A stretch of 64,000 nt of DNA, taken from positions 2,232,001 to 2,296,000 of the forward strand of contig OX597833.1 of the NCBI GenBank assembly GCA_951406725.2. The letters run 5' to 3'. How positions within the stretch are numbered: position 1 is the stretch's first letter; the number at the start of each line of letters is the position of its first letter. Positions 42,524 through 54,413 of the stretch are shown here, one piece after another. The translations under genes were made by a program, and so were the position numbers. Under the pieces are notes generated by a model. That model did not search any database, was not told the origin of the DNA, and saw only the letters and a list, made by a program, of their open reading frames with translations. The stretch is from Octopus vulgaris (lineage: Eukaryota).

Positions 42524-42740
42524 GTAAAGCCGAAAAAAAACGAAGAACAAACACAAAAAACAACAACGCGAGGATATGGTACATGAAAAGTATTAGCAGA
42601 CGCTCAGTGAAGGGAGGAAAGCTGGTTTTACGTTTCAAGCAAAGCTCTTCTTCAGAATCGGGAGTCACAGGAAAGTCCAAAAGAAATAGAAAGACGGAGG
42701 GAAAAAATCGCCTACGATCCACATGTGGTTACATTTTGGA
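42524..42740 (-). mobile_element. HHR-bearing short repeat related to P1, canonical core
   Basis: Minus strand 42624-42659 reads GATT-CTGAAGAA-GAGCtttGCTT-GAAA-CG-TA-AAAC. Shares CAACAACGCGAGGA and AAAAAATCGCC with P1. Confidence 0.72.
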
Positions 42741-42772
42741 AAGCAAAATAAATATATATATATATATATATA

Positions 42773-42996
42773 TTTCTTTATTGCCCAGAAGGTGCTAATC
42801 ATAGAGAGGACAAACATGGACAGACAAACGGATTAAGTCGATTACATCGACCCCCAGTGCGTAACTGGTACTTAATTTATCGACCCCGAAAGGACGATAG
42901 TCAAAGTCGACCTCAACGGAATTTGACCTCACAACGTAAGGGCAGACGAAATACGGCTAGACATTTCGCCCGGCGTGCTAATGTTTCTGCCAGCTC
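42773..42996 (-). mobile_element. SINE family B
   Basis: Reverse-complement match. Confidence 0.87.
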
Positions 42997-43005
42997 ACTG
43001 ATATA

Positions 43006-43126
<121 letters not shown>

Positions 43127-43144
43127 GTATATATATAAAAATAT

Positions 43145-43375
43145 TGTGTTTGTGTGTCTTTTGTGTCAAAGTTTCTCCTCCAGCACCGCTTGACGACCGG
43201 TGCTAGTGTGTTTACGTCCCCGTAACTTCGCAGTTCTGCAAAAGAAACCGATAGAATAAATACCAGTTTTTTCAAAAAAAAAATGTCAAGTGCTACAGTC
43301 GATAGATTGGACTAAATGTTTTTCAAGGCACTGCTCCAGCATTGCCGCAGTGTAATGACTGCAATAAGCAAGAGA
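43145..43375 (+). mobile_element. SINE family A, 3' fragment
   Basis: GTGTTTACGTCCCCGTAACTT...CAAAAGAAACCGATAGAATAA...GCTCCAGCATTGCCGCAG. Confidence 0.78.
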
Positions 43376-44267
43376 GGGAAATTGTAGTGTGTGTGAAACC
43401 GAGCATTAACATGGCAACCATTTGAATGTAAACGTGAGTTCTAGGCCGGGAAACGGCCGACTATGAGCTAATGAAAACATCAAATAATGGAGAATTTTAA
43501 TTGGTTTAAATAGTAAAATAAAATATACAGTATTTAAAGTAATAGAGGTGTGGTTTTGCGGTTAATGTTTGAAGTTATTACTGAAAGCTGTGAGGGAATT
43601 TGTTAGGAGGCAAAATGTCATGATGACAATGTTGGATGTGTAATGTATAATGTATATTGTGAAAGCCAAGGGGGGTGGATGGAATGATGAAACGGAAATG
43701 CTCTATTAAAGACGGGCGGATTTTTAAATGGTAAGAAATATGCGTTGGCAGAAGTAGTTGGAAATCGTTCAGAATGAGCTGAATTAAATGATAAAGGTGG
43801 AGTTATTTATACGAATAAAATATCAAGAATAATTAATTGAAAGACAAAAAAAAAGTTTCATCGCTGCTTTGTAAATTCCGCGAGGAAACTCAAATATAAA
43901 GGGAGATAATTCTGTGGTTTAGATACTTGAGTGCTACAAATAAAGTAGAGGAAAAGAATTCGTGTAAATATCAAACGGAAATAAGATAAAATATTTAGTT
44001 TTGAATAGGTGTGGTTAAGAGTAAGGAAATATTTAACGAAGTTAGAAGCTATTGTTGAAATCTTAGTAAACTGTAACGGAAATCAAATGTAGACAGCAAA
44101 AGACGGTTGAAGATATGCAGAGCAGTAGCTGGAATTACGGTGGAACGTATGAGGTTTTCGACTGACTCCCTCCCTCGCTCTGTCCCCTCTCTTCCCCTTC
44201 TCTCTCTCACACACACGGTATATATGATGCAAATACATATTTATTTATATATATATATATGTGTGTG

Positions 44268-44325
<58 letters not shown>

Positions 44326-44495
44326 GTACATATATATACATATATATACATATATATATACATACATAATAATACATATATACATATATATATATATCTA
44401 TTCATACAAATACATATATATATATAGATATAAATATATATATGCATATATATATATACATATACAAATATATATACATATATATACACATACAT

Positions 44496-44528
<33 letters not shown>

Positions 44529-44542
44529 CATACTTACATATA

Positions 44543-44722
44543 GGGGGAGAATTTACAAATAAAAAACAAAAGACGAAGACAGGTGGTGTAGACAACAAAC
44601 GTATTAGTTTAACGCTCGGGAAGTGAAAACGTCTTCAACGTTTCGAGCCTACGTCCTTCCATAGAAAGTAACACAGGAAGAAACAAGGAGAGGGAATATA
44701 GAATGTGTGGTGGTTAGCGATA
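44543..44722 (-). mobile_element. HHR-bearing short repeat, family P2 (decayed core)
   Basis: Reverse complement of 7120-7310; motif at 44631-44668. Confidence 0.7.
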
Positions 44723-44829
44723 TATCATTACGAATGTATATATGTATATACATTTATATACATATGCATGTATATATATATACATATATATATATACATA
44801 CATGTATATACATATACATATATATACAA

Positions 44830-44871
<42 letters not shown>

Positions 44872-44963
44872 TAAAGCAGTGTAAAGGTAGAATTATAAGT
44901 AGGAAATAGCGGTACAACGAGGTGGGTTCGAGGTCGTTGTGAATTCTTAAGATAGAAGAAAAC

Positions 44964-45182
44964 CACAAGAGTAGACAAGAGAGATAGAGACAGGCAGAAA
45001 CAAGGAAAATACCCCTTGTATTTCAATACTATGCAAATATTCTTTTAAAAAAACTTTCCATTTAATTTTTCTAAAATTTAGTTGTTTTCCATACTCACAG
45101 TTGAAAAAGTCTCAATTACAGAAACCGGTACTGAAATGTTTCTTATAAAATTATTTTAGCATTTTCAACTTCCAATTTTATC

Positions 45183-45184
<2 letters not shown>
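44964..45184 (+). mobile_element. HHR-bearing short repeat, family P3, second copy
   Basis: CAG-TTGAAAA-AGTctcaattACA-GAAA-CCGG-TA-CTG at 45098-45133; stem II is decayed. Confidence 0.72.
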
Positions 45185-45219
<35 letters not shown>

Positions 45220-45365
45220 TACTCTTTTTACTCTTTTACTTGTTTCAGTCATTTGACTGCGGCCATGCTGGAGCACCGCCTTTAGTCGAGCAACTCGACC
45301 CCGGGACTTATTCTTTTTGTAAGCCCAGTACTTATTCTATCGATCTCTTTTGCCGAACCGCTAAG

Positions 45366-45368
<3 letters not shown>
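45220..45368 (-). mobile_element. SINE family A, 3' fragment
   Basis: Near-identical to 29225-29370. Confidence 0.88.
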
Positions 45369-45411
<43 letters not shown>

Positions 45412-46059
45412 TTACGGATACCTATGTATGTATAAACAATACATATTCATACATACATATCTATACGCATACAAAGTTAATTCATAAAAACACATGCGCG
45501 TATATGTAGAAATATATCTGTAGGGGTAGATGTGTGCGCGCGTGTGTGTGTATGCGTATGGAGAGAGATAGTGGGAGAGAGAAAGAGAGTGTAGATTCAT
45601 GGATATATAGATACATAGATATTTAGATAGTTAGACAGACACACATTCACACCAAAACACACACGTGCACACGCACACATAATTATATATATATATATAT
45701 CTGTCACATTATTTTCCTAACGAATATGTATTGTCTACCGATCGATACGTTACAGTATTGATGTTTCTGACAATATATTATGCATATATAGATTCCATTT
45801 ATATCTTTCCTAAAGCATTTTTCTTTTTTAGTTTCCATACCAATTTCTTTCACCCGCCACCTCTATCTCCACCCGCTGAATCTGTACATGGAACTGTGTG
45901 CGTCGTTGTGTGAGCGGGGCTATGTTTTTCTCTATACCTTTCGGTCTTTCCCTAGTCGTATATGATAACCGGTTTACGTCCAAAGCAAAACTGCTATGTC
46001 CAAAGCCATGTGGTAAACAATATTTTAGGAGAATTATACTCATTAGAAAATATCGTATT

Positions 46060-46220
46060 TAGGCATAAACATGGCTGTGTGGTTAGGATTTTCTTACCTC
46101 AACCACATATTTCCGGGTTCAGACCCACTGCGAGGCAACGTCGACAAGTGGCTTCTGCTGCGGTCTAGGGCCGACGAGGTGGATTTGATAGACGGAAACT
46201 GAAAGAATCCTGCCGTATAT
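46060..46220 (+). mobile_element. SINE family A, 5' fragment
   Basis: TGGCTGTGTGGTTAG...TTCCGGGTTCAGACCCACTGCG...GACGGAAACTGAAAGAA. Confidence 0.78.
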
Positions 46221-46244
46221 GTATATGTATAAGCTTGAGGCTCT

Positions 46245-46340
46245 GTAGAAAGTGGGAGTTTTTCACGTTTCAAACGAAACACTTCGTCGGAAAAGGAGAA
46301 AGGGAAATGTCGAAAGAATGAAAAAATACACCAAAGCACA
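46245..46340 (-). mobile_element. Decayed P1-like HHR repeat fragment
   Basis: Minus strand TTTT-CCGACGAA-GTGTttcGTTT-GAAA-CGT-G-AAAA at 46259-46294. Confidence 0.5.
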
Positions 46341-46354
46341 CATATGTGTATACA

Positions 46355-46397
<43 letters not shown>

Positions 46398-46452
46398 GGA
46401 AAAATTGAAAAGGTGACAAACGATCAGCATGTTATTAGATCTTCAGGTTTTC

Positions 46453-46492
46453 TATTTATCTTGGCGAGGTTTACACCTCGCCAAGATAAATA
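46453..46492. other. Perfect 18-bp hairpin
   Basis: TATTTATCTTGGCGAGGT-TTAC-ACCTCGCCAAGATAAATA. Confidence 0.95.
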
Positions 46493-46499
46493 TTTAAAC

Positions 46500-46563
46500 C
46501 ACCTGATGAATGACTGTAACTTGAAAATTTAAAGAAATGAACAGCCATGAAACGATCGTAGTG
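46500..46563 (+). ncRNA. Type I hammerhead ribozyme motif
   Basis: CAC-CTGATGA-ATGACTGT...ACAGCCAT-GAAA-CGATCG-TA-GTG: canonical core, palindromic stem III, GUA triplet. Confidence 0.82.
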
Positions 46564-46683
46564 ATATATTGATTATATTTTTTTAATAATTTTGTTACAT
46601 ATTTAAATAATATAAATTAAATAATCTTATGTATTGGCTTAAGTTTTTCATTGTATGATTTGCCTAATAGTGGTTTTGTCTCT

Positions 46684-46721
<38 letters not shown>

Positions 46722-46726
<5 letters not shown>

Positions 46727-47068
46727 CCGGTCGTGGGATCGTGCTTTCGATTCCCAGACTGGGCGTTGTGAGTGTTTATTGAGAGAAAACACCTGAAGCT
46801 CTCCGGAGCTCCAGCAGAGGGCGGTGGCGAACCCTGCTGTACGCTTTCACCACAACTTTCTCCCACACTTTCTTCCTGGTTCCGTTGTACCTGTATTTCA
46901 AAGGGGCCAGCTTTGTCATAGACTGTGTCGCACCGAATCTCCCCGAGAACTCGTTAAGGATACACTTGTCTGTGGGGTGCTCAGATAGTTGTACGTTAAT
47001 TCCACGAGCAGGCTGTTCCGTTGATCGGATCAACTGGAACCCTCGTCGTCGCAACCGACGGAGTGCCA
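46722..47068 (+). mobile_element. SINE (head D with deletion + tail X)
   Basis: Head matches 15373; tail matches 58310-58461 and 50220-50400. Confidence 0.85.
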
Positions 47069-47077
47069 AGTGAATAT

Positions 47078-47115
<38 letters not shown>

Positions 47116-47120
<5 letters not shown>

Positions 47121-47280
47121 GTAAAATAATATATGACAATTATTCGGTAGCCAAGATAAAACTGAGTTTCGGATGCCAACGAAATCCACAACAATGGTGT
47201 TGTGGATTTCCACCTCGGCATCCGATACTCAGAGTTTTATCTTGGCTACCGAATAATTGTGACATATAATTTTACAGATA
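47116..47280. repeat. 165-bp near-perfect palindrome/foldback
   Basis: Arms include ACAATTATTCGGTAGCCAAGATAAAACT / AGTTTTATCTTGGCTACCGAATAATTGT, TCGGATGCC / GGCATCCGA and AAATCCACAACA / TGTTGTGGATTT, with a 4-nt loop. Confidence 0.93.
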
Positions 47281-47355
47281 AATCTCTATTTACATAATAT
47301 TGAGGTCTCTTTCTTTTGTTATCTTACCGTTTTTACCAATATATATATATATATA

Positions 47356-47431
<76 letters not shown>

Positions 47432-47572
47432 TATATATATACATATATATATGTTGTTATATTTCGGAATGGTCATTTTGCCTGTTTAGCCAATAAAAAC
47501 ACACGCACTATATACTTGGTGTTACTTTGCTTCAGTGTTATTTATTTTTTACATTAATCTTAATCTTATTTC

Positions 47573-47616
47573 GGCCAGAGTTCTTTCGTCACACTCCTGT
47601 GACCGCATCAGTGGTC
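47573..47616 (-). ncRNA. Hammerhead-like motif with variant core
   Basis: Minus strand GACCA-CTGATGCG-GTCACAggagTGTGAC-GAAA-GAAC-TC-TGGCC. Perfect 6-bp stem II; the A9 position is C. Confidence 0.6.
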
Positions 47617-48376
47617 CTTTGTTTTCTTCTTTCTTATTTGTGTCTCTCCTTACTAACCGTCAGCACAACAAATATATAAACGTACATATATATATATATA
47701 CATATATGTATATACATATATATATATATATATATATACACATGTGTGTGTACGTACATATATAATATATATTTTTATATATACCCGTACACGCATAGCA
47801 TATATCTCATATATCTCTTCTAACAAACACGTATTGTCTGAAGCATATGTAATATTTTTCTATTCTAAATAACATATTTATTGATTCAGTATATTTATTC
47901 CAATGCTTTTCCAGCTGCGCATATAAATATGAACATACGCATACATAAATTACGTACATACATACGTACGTACGTACATACATATAGGCCTCTCGTCTGC
48001 TTTATACCTGTCTTGTCTGTGTGTCTATATTTCAAAAAATGCCAAAATAAAGTTCCAAGGTCATGTTGTAAACAATGTTTTGTGTGGCTTAAACTCATTA
48101 CTAAATATTATATTTACTTTAAACCTATTACATCCATAAACGCTGACATGCGTAGAAGTATATATACGTATGTATATATATATATATATATACAGTCATT
48201 TATATATGCAAATATACGTTCCCACGCACACATACAAACATATATTTGTATGTACTTATGTATTTATGTATACATATGTGTGTATATCTATGTATACGTG
48301 TGTCTGTATATATTTTTGTATATACACACACACGCAAATCTGTCTTTGTCTCTCTCCCTCGCTTTGTGTGTGTGAA

Positions 48377-48423
<47 letters not shown>

Positions 48424-48553
48424 GCACATACATATATACAGACAGATATACATATACATATACATATATATAAAAACACACACACACACACACACACACA
48501 AATGTGTACATATATTATGTCACTATATGTATGTATATGAGTCTCTGTACACT

Positions 48554-48641
<88 letters not shown>

Positions 48642-49039
48642 ATTTGTTTGATATGATACATAAGTTTTCTACAACTACAAAACCTAAATTCAAGATACGA
48701 CCATTTCTTAAGTCTATGTTTTTATCAAGCCTTTTATATATTTAGCTACGCGTCTTTTATATTCTGTTTGCAACAACAAAGTATTTTAATCTCCGATAAT
48801 CTTCTACATTTCTAGACTTTCACCGGCTCATCTTCGGGATAAACATTGCGTAAATGATTCATAATTATAACAAGCATTTGTTTCGATATTTGTTGATCCA
48901 CTTCAGTTATATTTATCTTATCTATGGCATGTATATGGAGAATGTGTTTATTTTTGCTTTCTGCTGTGTTTGAAGCAGGTGACTGTTATTTTAAGAGAAA
49001 GGTTTAAAAAAAAGAATAAGAATTTGTAAGTGGAAATGG

Positions 49040-49195
49040 TTTGTCGAACCAATTGGGTTCTGTACGTTATTTTACCGATCTCAAAAGGGTGAATATTATA
49101 GTCGACCTCGGAGTGATTTGAACTCCAAACGTAAAGACCCGAAGAAATACTGCTGAGGTATTTTGTCCAACTCTAAAACACTTGCCATCTCGCGA
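49040..49195 (-). mobile_element. SINE family B, highly diverged
   Basis: AGTCGACCTCGGAGTGATTTGAACTCCAAACGTAAAGAC. Confidence 0.6.
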
Positions 49196-49237
49196 TAATG
49201 TGCAAATCCGCTCTGATAGGTCTTCGCTTTTACACCA

Positions 49238-49540
49238 CTGCTTTATGCCTCCTTACTAGTGTGCCGCCTTCTGCCGGCCAAGCTGCTTTTTGCCCCCTTG
49301 CTAGTGTGCCGCCTTCTGCTGGCTAAGCTGCTTTGTGCCTCCTTACCAGTGTGCCGCCTTCTGCCGGCTAAGCTGCTTTGTGCCTCCTTACTAGTGTGCC
49401 GCCGTCTGCCAGCTAAGCTGCTTTGTGCCCCCTTACCAGTGTGCCACATTCTGCCGGCTAAGCTGCTTTGTGCCTCCTTTCTAGTGTGCCGCCTTCTGCC
49501 GGCTAAGCAGCTTTGTGCCTCCTTACCAGTGTACTGCCTT
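49238..49540. repeat. GC-rich 45-bp minisatellite, ~6.7 copies
   Basis: Unit CTGCTTTGTGCCTCCTTAC(T/C)AGTGTGCCGCCTTCTGCCGGCTAAG. Confidence 0.95.
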
Positions 49541-49861
49541 GCACCAACTCAATGGTTCCTGTCAGATTACCACTGTAACAACCCTATGCCTGGTGCAAGC
49601 GCCCAGCCTTCTGCCAGCTCTGTACCCTGTTTCAACGCGTAACATTATACTGGCCGAGTGCATTTGAATCGGTACCCCACATTGTGCTCACTCGCCCTCT
49701 TGTACTTCCTTATTGGCTTGTGTCAAAGTACAATTTTCTGCTAACTCACCATCTTCTGCCAGCTCGCCGACTTTGCGAGGTTAAAAGTAATGTTTGTTCT
49801 CTCCTGAATGATCCATTTTACCCTGAATATTTAAAAAGCGTGATGATTAATTATCCAATAA

Positions 49862-50069
49862 TATTGATTTCAAATTTTGGCACAAGGCCAGCAATTTCTA
49901 GATAGATTATTAAGTCGATTCCTTCGTCTCCCGTGTTCAAAAGGTACTTATTTTCTGGAATCCGGAAAGATGGAGGACAAAGCCGACCTCGGCGGAATTT
50001 TAGCCGAGAACGTGAAGACAGACGAAACACCATTAAGGGATTTGCCTAACTTGGTAACGATTCTGCCAA
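49862..50069 (-). mobile_element. SINE family B, diverged
   Basis: CGACCTCGGCGGAATTT...GAACGTGAAGACAGACGAAA...AACGATTCTGCCA. Confidence 0.72.
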
Positions 50070-50219
50070 TTATTCATTGATATTGTTATTGATGTTGTTG
50101 TCGCCTAGTTTCAGATCAAACACTATCGAGGAGATATACATTCCGAGGTTTTCCAACAATGACCACTTCACCTTTTTATGGTCATGGACGGCTACACAAT
50201 CTGTGTTCTTTAGATTTGG

Positions 50220-50530
50220 AAGCACTCCGTCGGTTACGACGACGAGGGTTCCGGTTGATCCGATCAACGGAACAGCCTGCTCGTGAAATTAACGTGTGAG
50301 TGGCTGAGCACTCCACAGACACGTGTACCCTTAACGTAGTTCTCGGGGATATTCAGCGTGACACAGAGAGTGACAAGGCCGGCCCTTTGAAATACAGGTA
50401 CAGCAGAAACAGGAAGTAAAAGTGAGAGAAAGTTGTGGTGAAAGAGTACAGCAGGGATCACCACCACCCTCTGCCGGAGCCTTGTGGAGCTTTAGGTGTT
50501 TTCGCTCAATAAACACTCACAACGCCCGGT
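50220..50530 (-). mobile_element. SINE (partial head D + tail X)
   Basis: Reverse complement of 46760-47068. Confidence 0.88.
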
Positions 50531-50905
50531 TCTTTAGATATAGCAGCAACATGTGTGTTTTGAGAGAGATATTTAAGGAGCAGCTTCGTAAAAACTACAC
50601 AGGTCGTTGGGTTCTGGGGAAACTAAGTGGAAATATTCGTCTGTTTGTAATGGTGCAAACATAACGTCAGGAAATAAAGAACAAACGAAACCTCATTCCT
50701 CCCTAATGGATCAGGCTGTAGTTGTTGTTACGACGTTATAATGCAGCGTCATTGCCGCCGTTTTGTATTTTATCGGCCATTAGTAACGATAGGCAAATGA
50801 TGTCAGCTTCCGCTCCACATTTACAAAATTAATGTTAGAGTCTATTTTTAGGAAATTTAAACATATGTATGTGCATGTATACATACATAAATATATGTTA
50901 CGCCA

Positions 50906-50970
<65 letters not shown>

Positions 50971-51154
50971 CCTAATTTCAGTGAAAGCCAACAAATATCT
51001 CTGTAAAAGCAGCTATTTAAGGGCTTTTAATGTTTTCATACTTGCTGTTCTTTCAAATTCTTCTTATTCCCTCCCCACACACACGCACATATCTCTCTCT
51101 CTCTCTCTCTATCTCTAAATATATATACATATATATATATATATAGATAAATAC

Positions 51155-51211
<57 letters not shown>

Positions 51212-51240
51212 CATATATATATATACATATATATATACAC

Positions 51241-51272
<32 letters not shown>

Positions 51273-51740
51273 GTATCATGCATGCGTGTATGAATGCATG
51301 CATGTATGCGTGAATGTATGCTTGTGTACATGTGTGTTTTAGGATTGTATGCATGTTTATTTGTTCATACATTCATGAATATCAATTTGTATTTCTGCAA
51401 TAAATATCAAATATTGAAAACTCCAACAAAAGTTTAGCACAGCGTTGGCGAAAAGTCAGCTGACGGTAAATCAAAACCATTTATTTCCAAGATTTATTTG
51501 TGTTCAACAACTGAATGAATTTAACAAAAGCATCTAAATACGAAACGTCAGGAAAATTGTTTGAACTGAAGTCTTTCTTGAGCGATGCCATTTCTCCATT
51601 CGAGTCAATACAGAATTACTGATAGTATTTATGGAATTTTGATTTACTGTCGACAGACTTTTGGCCAACACCGTATGTACACCTACAGAGAAAGACAAAA
51701 ACTCAGCACATATTTGCATAACTATATATATATATGTGTT

Positions 51741-51794
<54 letters not shown>

Positions 51795-51798
<4 letters not shown>

Positions 51799-51975
51799 TA
51801 ATCTAAACAAGAAAGCACAAAAAAACACAACAACGCGAGGACGTGGAACAAATATAGTATTATTGGACGCTAAGGAAAGAAGGAGGGTTTAACGTTTCGA
51901 GCGGAGCTCTTCGTCGAAAACAAAGGAGAAGGAAAGATCCAGAGAAGGGAAGACAGAGGAAAAAAAGAGGAAAAA
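51795..51975 (-). mobile_element. HHR-bearing short repeat, family P1
   Basis: Minus strand GTTT-TCGACGAA-GAGCtccGCTC-GAAA-CGTT-AAAC at 51887-51921. Confidence 0.75.
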
Positions 51976-52025
51976 TATATGTGTGTATATATATATGTAT
52001 ATATGTATGTATATATATATATACG

Positions 52026-52077
<52 letters not shown>

Positions 52078-52167
52078 ATATGCATGTATGTATATATGTA
52101 TGTATGTAGGTATGTGTGTGTATATATATCAATGTGTCCCACTGGTTAAAATTCAATGTATTTATTT

Positions 52168-52255
52168 GTGCAGCTGAAGATAGTATTGCATATGAGCTGA
52201 TATAATGATTGCATTTTTCAGTTCAATGGAGCCGCTTGAAACGGTCGTACTGCAT
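52168..52255 (+). ncRNA. Type I hammerhead ribozyme motif
   Basis: GTGCAG-CTGAAGA-...GAGCTGA...TCAGTTC...-GAAA-CGGTCG-TA-CTGCAT. 6-bp stem I, canonical core, GUA triplet; the base of stem II is imperfect. Confidence 0.72.
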
Positions 52256-52293
52256 CACTACTTGATATCCTGTTGCTTATTTTCATTTCATAA

Positions 52294-52323
<30 letters not shown>

Positions 52324-52324
<1 letters not shown>

Positions 52325-52487
52325 CGCGCAGGCGTGGCCATGTGGTAAGAAGCTTGCTTCCCAACCACATGCCTCCGAATTCAGTCCCACCGCGTGGCAC
52401 CTTGGGCAAGTGTCTTATACTAAAACCTCGGGTTGACCAAATCCATGTGAGTGGATTTGGCAAAGAGGAATTGAAAGGAACCCGTCA
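52324..52487 (+). mobile_element. SINE family A, 5' fragment
   Basis: GCGCAGGCGTGGCCATGTGGTAAGAAGCTTGCTTCCCAACCACATG... Confidence 0.85.
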
Positions 52488-52508
52488 TATATATATATAT
52501 ACATATAA

Positions 52509-52576
<68 letters not shown>

Positions 52577-52607
52577 GCATGTATATATATATATGTATAT
52601 ATGTATA

Positions 52608-52640
<33 letters not shown>

Positions 52641-52752
52641 AGATATATATACACATATATATATGTGCGTGTGTGTTGGGAGGGAATAAGAAGAATTTGA
52701 AAGGACAGCAAGTATGAAAACATTAAAAACCCTTAAGTAGCTGCTTTTACAG

Positions 52753-52967
52753 AAATGTGACCTCGTGTGTACCGTTGGCGATTTTTTTTTCCTGTGTCTT
52801 CCCTTCTCTGGATCTTTCCTTCTCCTATGTTTCCGACGAAGAACTCCGCTCGAAACGTTAAACCCCTCTTCTTTCCTTCTTTCATGAGCGTCCAATAATA
52901 CTATATTTGTTTCACGTCCTCGCGTTGTTGTGTTTTTTTTTTTGTGCTTTCTTGTTTGGATTTACTT

Positions 52968-52968
<1 letters not shown>
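52753..52968 (+). mobile_element. HHR-bearing short repeat, family P1
   Basis: GTTT-CCGACGAA-GAACtccGCTC-GAAA-CGTT-AAAC at 52829-52863. Confidence 0.75.
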
Positions 52969-53018
<50 letters not shown>

Positions 53019-53515
53019 CAATCTATATATATATATGTGTGTGTGTGTGCATATGTATGTGTGTGGACAAGGGGTGTTAACACTCGTTAGCACACAGGTG
53101 TGCATGTACGTGTAAAAGAAAGTGGTGAATATAGTACTCGATAACCAAATAGCGTAATATAGCACTTTAAGCAAGTAAGAAATCCTCCATAAACATTTAC
53201 TCCGAGTTTCACATCAAATTCCATTAACCAATTCTTATAATCACAACCACGATAGATAATAACCATACTACGATCATAGCATTATTATCGGTAAATGCCA
53301 TGGTCAATAGAGAAAAGGTAAGGGAAAGAAAGGACGATTCCTGTAGAGAACGGAACCCGGATATTCTTAAGTATCTGCACCAGAAAATAAAGAATTCGGT
53401 GGAAAATATTCCAAAGACTTCTACAGAGCACTTCCTTTTCATTTAGCAGCAGACAAATGGTTTTAACGAGGCAAGAAATGGTGCTTTCGTTCATACTTCT
53501 ATTCAGAAATTTATT

Positions 53516-53562
<47 letters not shown>

Positions 53563-53607
53563 CGTACAGACAGACAGACATATACATATACATACATACA
53601 TATATAT

Positions 53608-53669
<62 letters not shown>

Positions 53670-53757
53670 ATGTATATATGTATATACATATGTATATATA
53701 TGTGTATATGAATATATATATGTATATATATGTGTATATATATATATATATTATATC

Positions 53758-53789
<32 letters not shown>

Positions 53790-53863
53790 AGCACACATAT
53801 ACATACATATCTGCAGACAACTGGCTAAAATTTGCCGTTTATAATTATACTGTTATATATGTA

Positions 53864-53910
<47 letters not shown>

Positions 53911-53974
53911 ATGTATGTATGTGTATGTGTGTGTGTGTGTTTGTTTGTGTACGTATGTATGTATATTCTTGTAT

Positions 53975-54180
53975 TCTTTTATTCTTTCACTAGTTTCAGT
54001 CAAGTGACTGCGGCCAGGCTGGAGCAACTTGAAGGGTTTTAATCAAACCCAGGACGTATGTTTTAAGCTGAGTACGTATTCTCTCGGTCTCTTTGCCGAA
54101 CTCTTAAGTTACGGGGGCGTAAACACACCAACACCGGTCGGCAAGCTGTGGTGGTGGACAAACACAGTCACAAAGACTCC
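53975..54180 (-). mobile_element. SINE family A, diverged 3' fragment
   Basis: GTTTCAGTCAAGTGACTGCGGCCAGGCTGGAGCA...TCGGTCTCTTTGCCGAAC. Confidence 0.78.
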
Positions 54181-54192
54181 CACACCAACAGG

Positions 54193-54239
<47 letters not shown>

Positions 54240-54240
<1 letters not shown>

Positions 54241-54413
54241 GACCGTTATAGCCACAAGTGTTTTTTCTCTCTTTTTTATTTCGTCGATTCTTTCTGCTGA
54301 AGAGCGTAGGCTCAAAATGTAAAGGACTTTCTCATCTTCCCGAGAGTCAAACTAATAGACTTGCTTGTTATTTATAGACCTGTCTTCGTCTTTTGTTTTT
54401 CTGTAAATTTCAA
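54240..54413 (+). mobile_element. HHR-bearing short repeat, family P2 (decayed)
   Basis: TCTTT-CTGCTGAA-GAGCgtagGCTC-AAAA-TG-TA-AAGGA at 54289-54327; the GAAA>AAAA and CG>TG changes fit CpG decay. Confidence 0.68.

Noticed and set aside
48801-48840. Minus-strand CCGAAGA...GAAATGTA hammerhead candidate
   Set aside because: Stem II is mostly mismatched; a possible relic, but unsupported.
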